Assembly: GCA_951406725.2 (NCBI GenBank)
Contig: OX597815.1
Span: 119,040,001 to 119,104,000, forward strand
Direction: 5' to 3'
Source: Octopus vulgaris
Lineage: Eukaryota
Length of the DNA: 64,000 nt
Positions 60,001 through 64,000 of this stretch are shown piece by piece (position 1 is the first letter of the stretch; the number at the start of each line of letters is the position of its first letter). The notes under the pieces were generated by a model. It ran no database searches, was not told the origin of the DNA, and saw only the letters and a program-made list of their open reading frames with translations. Both the position numbers and the translations under genes were made by a program.

Positions 60001-60522
60001 TAAAAACCTTCTTACATTCAGCTATTGGAATCTGAAGCAATGTTTTTGCAGCTGCAGTTAGAAATTTCTATGGTAATATGATGAAAGCATTCTAGAATAA
60101 TATTCATAAGTATCTCCAGTCACTTGGGCTTTTTAAACTGTATTGGACCATAGATTTCATTTTACTCCATGACAAAAATGTCATATGAGACTTGCTCACA
60201 ATTAATTATATTTAGATGAAAATGTAATTCTTCCACAGCAAGTCTACCAATATAGACTATGCACAAAGCATTTCTTCTTTAGATCATCCTGCACATAGAT
60301 TATATTCTAACATTGCTACAATACTTCATTGTTTTATTGTCAATATCTTCTTATCTTGTTAATTTTGATTAGCTCTTCTTACAATGTTATACTGAAGCTA
60401 ACCTGATTTTGTCTTCTATTTCCAGGCATGCTATGATCGGTTTTTAAATCCAGTAGGTGTCCCTCATAAAGAACAATTAAGTCATCTTTGTCAATGGTTA
60501 GAAATCAGCAAAGAAGTTGACG
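38803..60522 (+). CDS. LETMD1: LETM1 domain-containing protein 1 (mitochondrial), 3'-partial, 8 exons in window
   Basis: Exons 38803-38948, 50031-50185, 50978-51090, 52949-53031, 54770-54959, 55881-55982, 59242-59376 and 60426-60522 join in frame. Motifs match LETMD1: FLEKRYPKVFEVYRMFKVGIRDFIAD, RKELE, IISALPFANYVVFPIAYMYPKWFLSPHFWS, LHYIDLAMGREGIENLS.QDLAKACYDRFLN and QWLEIS. The N-terminus is an acid-free, Arg/Lys/Ser/Thr-rich presequence. Confidence 0.92.
40865..42150. repeat. Diverged ~337-bp tandem triplication, third unit separated by a SINE insertion
   Basis: Anchors: ctatgaagagatt-like (41009, 41345, 42058), ttcagtggtgta (41053, 41391) and tttcatcttagcaagt.acaaacaggtaca (about 41207, 41903). 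Confidence 0.7.
41526..41870 (-). mobile_element. Family C element (RTE 3'-UTR-related, (GAT)n tail, internal VNTR)
   Basis: (cat)n-tttaacgtccgctttccatgctagcatgggttggacgg...ggatgcccttcctaacgccaacc-type unit. Copies lie at about 44360-44560, 49064-49300, 54420-54680, 56396-56930, 58690-59040 and 61170-61560 (all -), and 48770-48990, 57690-57840 and 61880-62010 (+). Confidence 0.8.
42394..43320 (+). mobile_element. Internally deleted, decayed mariner (Tc1/mariner) DNA transposon
   Basis: MEVTKEHIKHILIYEFNKGNNATESVRNINAVYGD, IVTGDEK, LHPHKVLLS..WWD, FHQDDAWPH, HLPYSLD.DPSDYHLF and LPDRWECIVENEGEY. Imperfect TIRs (ggtcatcccattaat / tttatgggataaccc) sit in TA-rich flanks. Confidence 0.9.
47288..48990 (+). 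mobile_element. 5'-truncated RTE LINE with Cys/His finger inside the RT region and family-C 3' UTR
   Basis: VKAVQALYRDA, GVHQGSVLSP, LLYANDL, FHYLGD, AWAKFREL, AMLHGSETW, WYGHVLRM and GRLRKT. The ORF ends at about 48417, followed by a VNTR-containing UTR and a (GAT)n-like tail. Confidence 0.9.
49064..49705 (-). mobile_element. Second RTE 3' fragment, inverted (tail-to-tail) relative to 47288-48990
   Basis: Minus ORF 49451-49633 MDEERCVKKC..VEG..RGRHRKTWDEV..HDLRTLGL..DRDHWRYAV matches the C-terminus of the + copy. Confidence 0.85.
50031..50185 (+). CDS. LETMD1: LETMD1 exon 2
   Basis: ttgtcag| acceptor and |gtaagc donor; YHQPHPPD...RYPKVFEVYRMFKV. Confidence 0.9.
50978..51090 (+). CDS. LETMD1: LETMD1 exon 3
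   Basis: ttttcag| acceptor and |gtgagt donor; GIRDFIADTRMYY...RKELEIYKQ. Confidence 0.9.
52130..52725 (+). mobile_element. Possible ancient APE-endonuclease LINE fragment
   Basis: Remnant motifs LYCSPN (YRSP-like), VIVLCDFNV (GDFN-like) and PTH...LLTSRP..PIG*AKHC (SDH-like). Confidence 0.4.
52949..53031 (+). CDS. LETMD1: LETMD1 exon 4
   Basis: tcttcag| acceptor and |gtaagt donor; YPKDVWKVSPTLIISALPFANYVVFPIA. Confidence 0.92.
53200..53770 (+). mobile_element. Possible decayed RTE-like C-terminal fragment interrupted by a CORE-like SINE
   Basis: DGSETWTL.K.L...YT motif at about 53215-53280; SINE at about 53470-53690 (-). Confidence 0.4.
53986..54088 (-). pseudogene. 28S (LSU) rRNA fragment in LETMD1 intron 4
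   Basis: Reverse complement TACGTCTGTCAAACGGTAATGCAGGTGTCCCAAGGCGAGCTCAG...GAGCAAAAGGGCATAAGCTCGCTTGATCTTGATTTTCA matches a highly conserved eukaryotic LSU domain V segment. Confidence 0.88.
54770..54959 (+). CDS. LETMD1: LETMD1 exon 5
   Basis: tgattag| acceptor and |gtaaga donor; YMYPKWFLSPHFWSDKH...LQLAISK. Confidence 0.92.
55291..55336 (-). ncRNA. Minimal type I hammerhead ribozyme (best-preserved copy)
   Basis: GACAC-CUGAUGA-A-GGCUG..CAGCC-GAAAU-GUU-GUGUU. Confidence 0.75.
55573..55618 (+). ncRNA. Minimal hammerhead copy with core G>A mutation (AAAAC), probably inactive
   Basis: GACAC-CUGAUGA-A-GGCUG..CAGCC-AAAAC-GUU-GUGUU. Confidence 0.65.
55881..55982 (+). CDS. LETMD1: LETMD1 exon 6
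   Basis: tttacag| acceptor and |gtaagt donor; LKQTHQLTVDEILTLKPLFEDYPCHINKISIAYL. Confidence 0.9.
57030..57640 (+). mobile_element. SINE family A copy with ~210-bp nested insertion in its microsatellite
   Basis: Head 57030-57195, foreign sequence at about 57214-57425, SINE resumes at about 57426. Confidence 0.8.
59242..59376 (+). CDS. LETMD1: LETMD1 exon 7
   Basis: tttccag| acceptor and |gttagt donor; RQLAMCNGL...SSQDLAK. Confidence 0.9.
60426..60522 (+). CDS. LETMD1: LETMD1 exon 8
   Basis: tttccag| acceptor and |gtaagt donor; ACYDRFLNPVG...QWLEISKEVD. Confidence 0.9.
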
Positions 60523-60789
60523 GTAAGTCAACATATGATATTGTTGCTGTACTTGTTTCAAATGTATTATATGCTGTACTGTAATTGTTGATTTATGCTG
60601 TAGAATCTTTTTCAGAGACTGTGCATATATAATATTGTATTGCTGTGTATATAGTATAGCTAGCTATGTTATATATATAAATATGTATATGTACACACAC
60701 ACATCATAACATTTTTTTTTTTTTTTTTTTTTTTTTGTACTTGTTTCAGTCATTTGACTGCGGCCATGCTGGAGCACCGCCTTTAGAGT

Positions 60790-60955
60790 GGTGAAAGAGT
60801 ACAGCAGGGATCACCACCATCCCCTGCCGGAGCCTCGTGGAGCTTTTAGGTGTTTTCGCTCAATAAACACACACAACGCCCGGTCTGGGAATCGAAACCG
60901 CGATCCTCCGACCGCAAGTCCGCTGCCCTAACCACTGGGCCATTGCGCCTCCACA
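60790..60955 (-). mobile_element. SINE family D (tRNA head GGAGGCGCAATGGCCCAGTGGTTAGG...GGTTTCGATTCCC)
   Basis: Clear A/B boxes. Related copies at about 40540-40832; more distant CORE-like relatives at 2640-2865, 46660-46980, 53470-53690 and 61690-61880 (all -). Confidence 0.7.
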
Positions 60956-62029
60956 AACATATATTCACATATATTCACAAACATTTTGAGGGGCTGTCTG
61001 GTGCAGCTAATATTGAAATATAAAAATAAGGGAACTGTGTATCTATCAAAGTAATTGTATTTCTGCATATTACTTTATCTTGCTCCATTCTAAACAAAAC
61101 TGTCTGACGAATGGGAATGTGAAACTCTGAGTAACAGTTTTTGTGATATTTTAATAAAGTGTATATATATCATCATCATCATCATCATCATCGTTTAACG
61201 TCCGTTCTCCATGCTAGCATGGGTTGGACGGTTCAACCGGGGATCTGGGAAGCCAGAACGCTGCACCAGGCTCCGGTCTTATCTGGCAATGTTTCTACAG
61301 CTGGATGCCCTTCCTAACGCCAACCACTCCGTGAGTGTAGTGGGTGCTTTTTACGTGCCACCTGCACTGGTGCCAGGCGAGGCTGGCATCGGCCACGGTC
61401 GGATTGGTGCATTTTACGTGCCACCTGCACGGAAACCAGTCGAGGCGGCACTGGCTTCGGCCACGATTCGGATGGTGCTTTTTACGTGCCACCGGCACGG
61501 AAGCCAGTCGAGGCGGCGCTGGCATCGGCCACGATTCGGATAGTGCTTTTTACGTATCTTCAGTCCAGGGGTCCTGGATATATATAAATATCGCTGTATG
61601 GACCAAACTGTCAGATTTTATACTCTGCTGGACACAATACACTTCCTTGCATTGTTGTAACTTTCCAAATGATACCATCCTGCTTGTTAGGTGGTCAGGC
61701 TAACATTCCCAACAGAATGACAGTCCACTGCAGGGTTGTCCATTTACAGCTGAGTGGACTGGAACAACATAAAATGAAGTGTTTTGCTCAAGAACACAAT
61801 GCATTGCCAATCTGGGAATTGAAATTATGAGCTTGAGATCATGAGTGCAACACCCTAATAACTTAGTCACATGTCTTTACAAAAAGCACCCACTACACTC
61901 TCGAAATGGTTGGCGTTAGGAAGGGCATCCAGCTGTAGGCTTGCCAGTCCTCAGTCAAACCATCCACCCCATGCCAGCATGGAAAGCGGATGTTAAACGA
62001 TAATGATGATGACAATATACATATATATA

Positions 62030-62430
62030 TGGTGTGGCTGTGTGGTAAGTAGCTTGTTTACCAACCACATGGTTCCGGGTTCAGTCCCACTGCGTGGCAC
62101 CTTGGGCAAGTGTCTTCTACTATAGCCCCGGGCCGACCAATGCCTTGTGAGTGGATTTGGTAGACGGAAACTGAAAGAAGCCTGTCGTATATATGTATAT
62201 GTATATATATGTATGTGTGTGTTTGTGTGTCTGTGTTTGTCCCTCTAGCATTGCTTGACAACCGATGCTGGTGTGTTTACGTCCCCGTCACTTAGCGGTT
62301 CGGCAAAAGAGACCGATAGAATAAGTACTGGGCTTACAAAAAGAATAATTCCCGGGGTCGAGTTGCTCGATTAAAGGCGGTGCTCCAGCATGGCTGCAGT
62401 CAAATGACTGAAACAAGTAAAAGAGAAAAA
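62030..62430 (+). mobile_element. SINE family A copy
   Basis: Near-identical to 10874-11275. Confidence 0.88.
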
Positions 62431-64000
62431 AAAAGAGAATATCTTGGTACTATATGGTCTATGCAAGTATCATAATATTATATGGATTGCATAGATGTAA
62501 CATGTACAATCTGTACTGTAGTATTGTACAGATATTGTGCTATTTTCTTCTATTTTTTTTCATGGTTTGGTCTGAAAGAAGTAGCTGTGTGATGGTCTGC
62601 AGACCCACTGAGTCTGGTGGGTGTAATGCAGTTAACATTTCTAATGAACCGCTTGCAAATTGACAACTTCAGGAAAATGATATATTGAAGGAAAGAATTT
62701 CAGTGGGGCAACATTCTTAGAAAGAAGGACTAGGAAAAGGCCTGGGAATTAGTCCAATATAAGTGACAAAATGAGGAGAGATTAATGGGTTGGAAGTGCC
62801 TGAGTAGAGGTGGCATAAACCAACCAGCTTCAAAGAGAGGCTAATTTAGTAGAGGCAGTGAAAGTAAAAAATGGTCAGAGGTTGTATTGCATTGCTGATC
62901 TGTTATTATATAGACCATACAGATATATCATAGTATGTTATATCATAACACTGTTATATGTAATTACTATACTGCATAAACAGAGAATCATTGTAGACAT
63001 TTACCAAAGTAATGTTGTAAATATATAGATCAACAACCTACTCTGACAGTTTGGCCCACAGGTGTACTGTTTCCAAGCTCTGCTTTTTCTGTCACTACCA
63101 CAAAGCCTCTTTCATTGGATTTAACTAGTTTCATGCTACCTCTACCCAGCTTTCCTGCATTTCCTTCCGCTTATGATATTGTTATAGAGAGGTGTATGAA
63201 TATTCCATGATGTATGAATTGCAAACATATACAAGAGATATACCTTGTTATTGTTTTACATTGAAATATAGAAGGGAAGACTCTTTAGTCTGACAAGGAC
63301 AAGGCAAATTCTCTATTGCTGGTGCCACAATAAAATGCGCCCGATACTCGATGTAGTTGACAATAGGAATGGCATCCAGCCATAGAAATCTTGGCAAAAT
63401 GAAGTGTAGGAGTGTATACTGGAATTTTTTACAACATCATAGATTGCACAGAAATAAATATTAATATTAAATATCTAAATGGAACAGGCTTAATATTTGT
63501 CAGTTTGAAGATTAGAATGGATTGGGAAGGTGAATTAAGTTATCATCTCTAGATTCTATTGCACTTTGTTATAGAATGTATGTGTGTGTATTGGCAGTCA
63601 TACTGTTATCAAATCTGTTGTAATTCATCTAACTATTTTGAAGAATCTTCATCATCTTGCCTTCACTTTTCCATGCTGGTAATTCCTCATTAGACACTGC
63701 TAGACAGGTCAGGGAGTGTGTCTCATCTGTATACTCCAATGGTTTCTGTGGCCCATTGTCTTTCCTATCATTAACCAATTTGTACAGTGTGTTTAATGTA
63801 TTTTAACATGGTACCAACAAAAAATAGGTTGTCTTGTGTCTGGGAAGACTAAAGATTCCTCTCTGTGTTATTTCCTTTCATTTTTTTTTGTTTTTGCTAA
63901 TACCAGAAGGATGTTTCATCTTTGGCAGACAGAAAAATAATGAAGAAAGAGAACAAAGCAAGCAGTTAATAGAAGAAAATGGGTGATAGTTAACTACATG

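Noticed and set aside
61340-61560. CRISPR-like repeat array
   Set aside because: The context is eukaryotic, the units are contiguous tandem repeats without unique spacers, and there are no cas genes.
60523-64000. Final LETMD1 exon
   Set aside because: No phase-1 exon encoding the expected SLLLH-like C-terminus was recognised; it probably lies beyond the window.

Overview
This is AT-rich, microsatellite-saturated animal genomic DNA, not prokaryotic. The SINE/LINE repertoire suggests an octopod cephalopod (inference). Two spliced + strand genes can be assembled with phase-consistent GT-AG junctions. (1) The 3' part of an uncharacterised gene (10 exons, 2141-23395) encodes two fibronectin type III domains and a roughly 610-aa basic Ser/Lys-rich tail. 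(2) LETMD1 (8 exons, 38803-60522) has a mitochondrial-type presequence; its last exon was not found in the window. Introns and the intergenic region hold decayed transposons: a near-full-length R4/Dong element in (AAT)n, a CRE-like element with a PHD finger, a HERO/NeSL-like 3' end, RTE LINEs, several Penelope-like pieces, a mariner, a non-autonomous Helitron, foldback elements and dozens of SINEs from about four families. There is also a 28S rRNA fragment. The most unusual signals are: a palindromic Penelope-associated module with a tRNA-derived Pol III head, an (AAT)n spacer and a minimal hammerhead ribozyme (12933-13258, and as an inverted pair at 55268-55641); a tRNA-like head just after the stop codon of a HERO/NeSL-like LINE, followed by hammerhead-like motifs in permuted order; and an apparent sense-strand G>A excess in the Dong copy. 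All family names come from motif recognition, not database searches.
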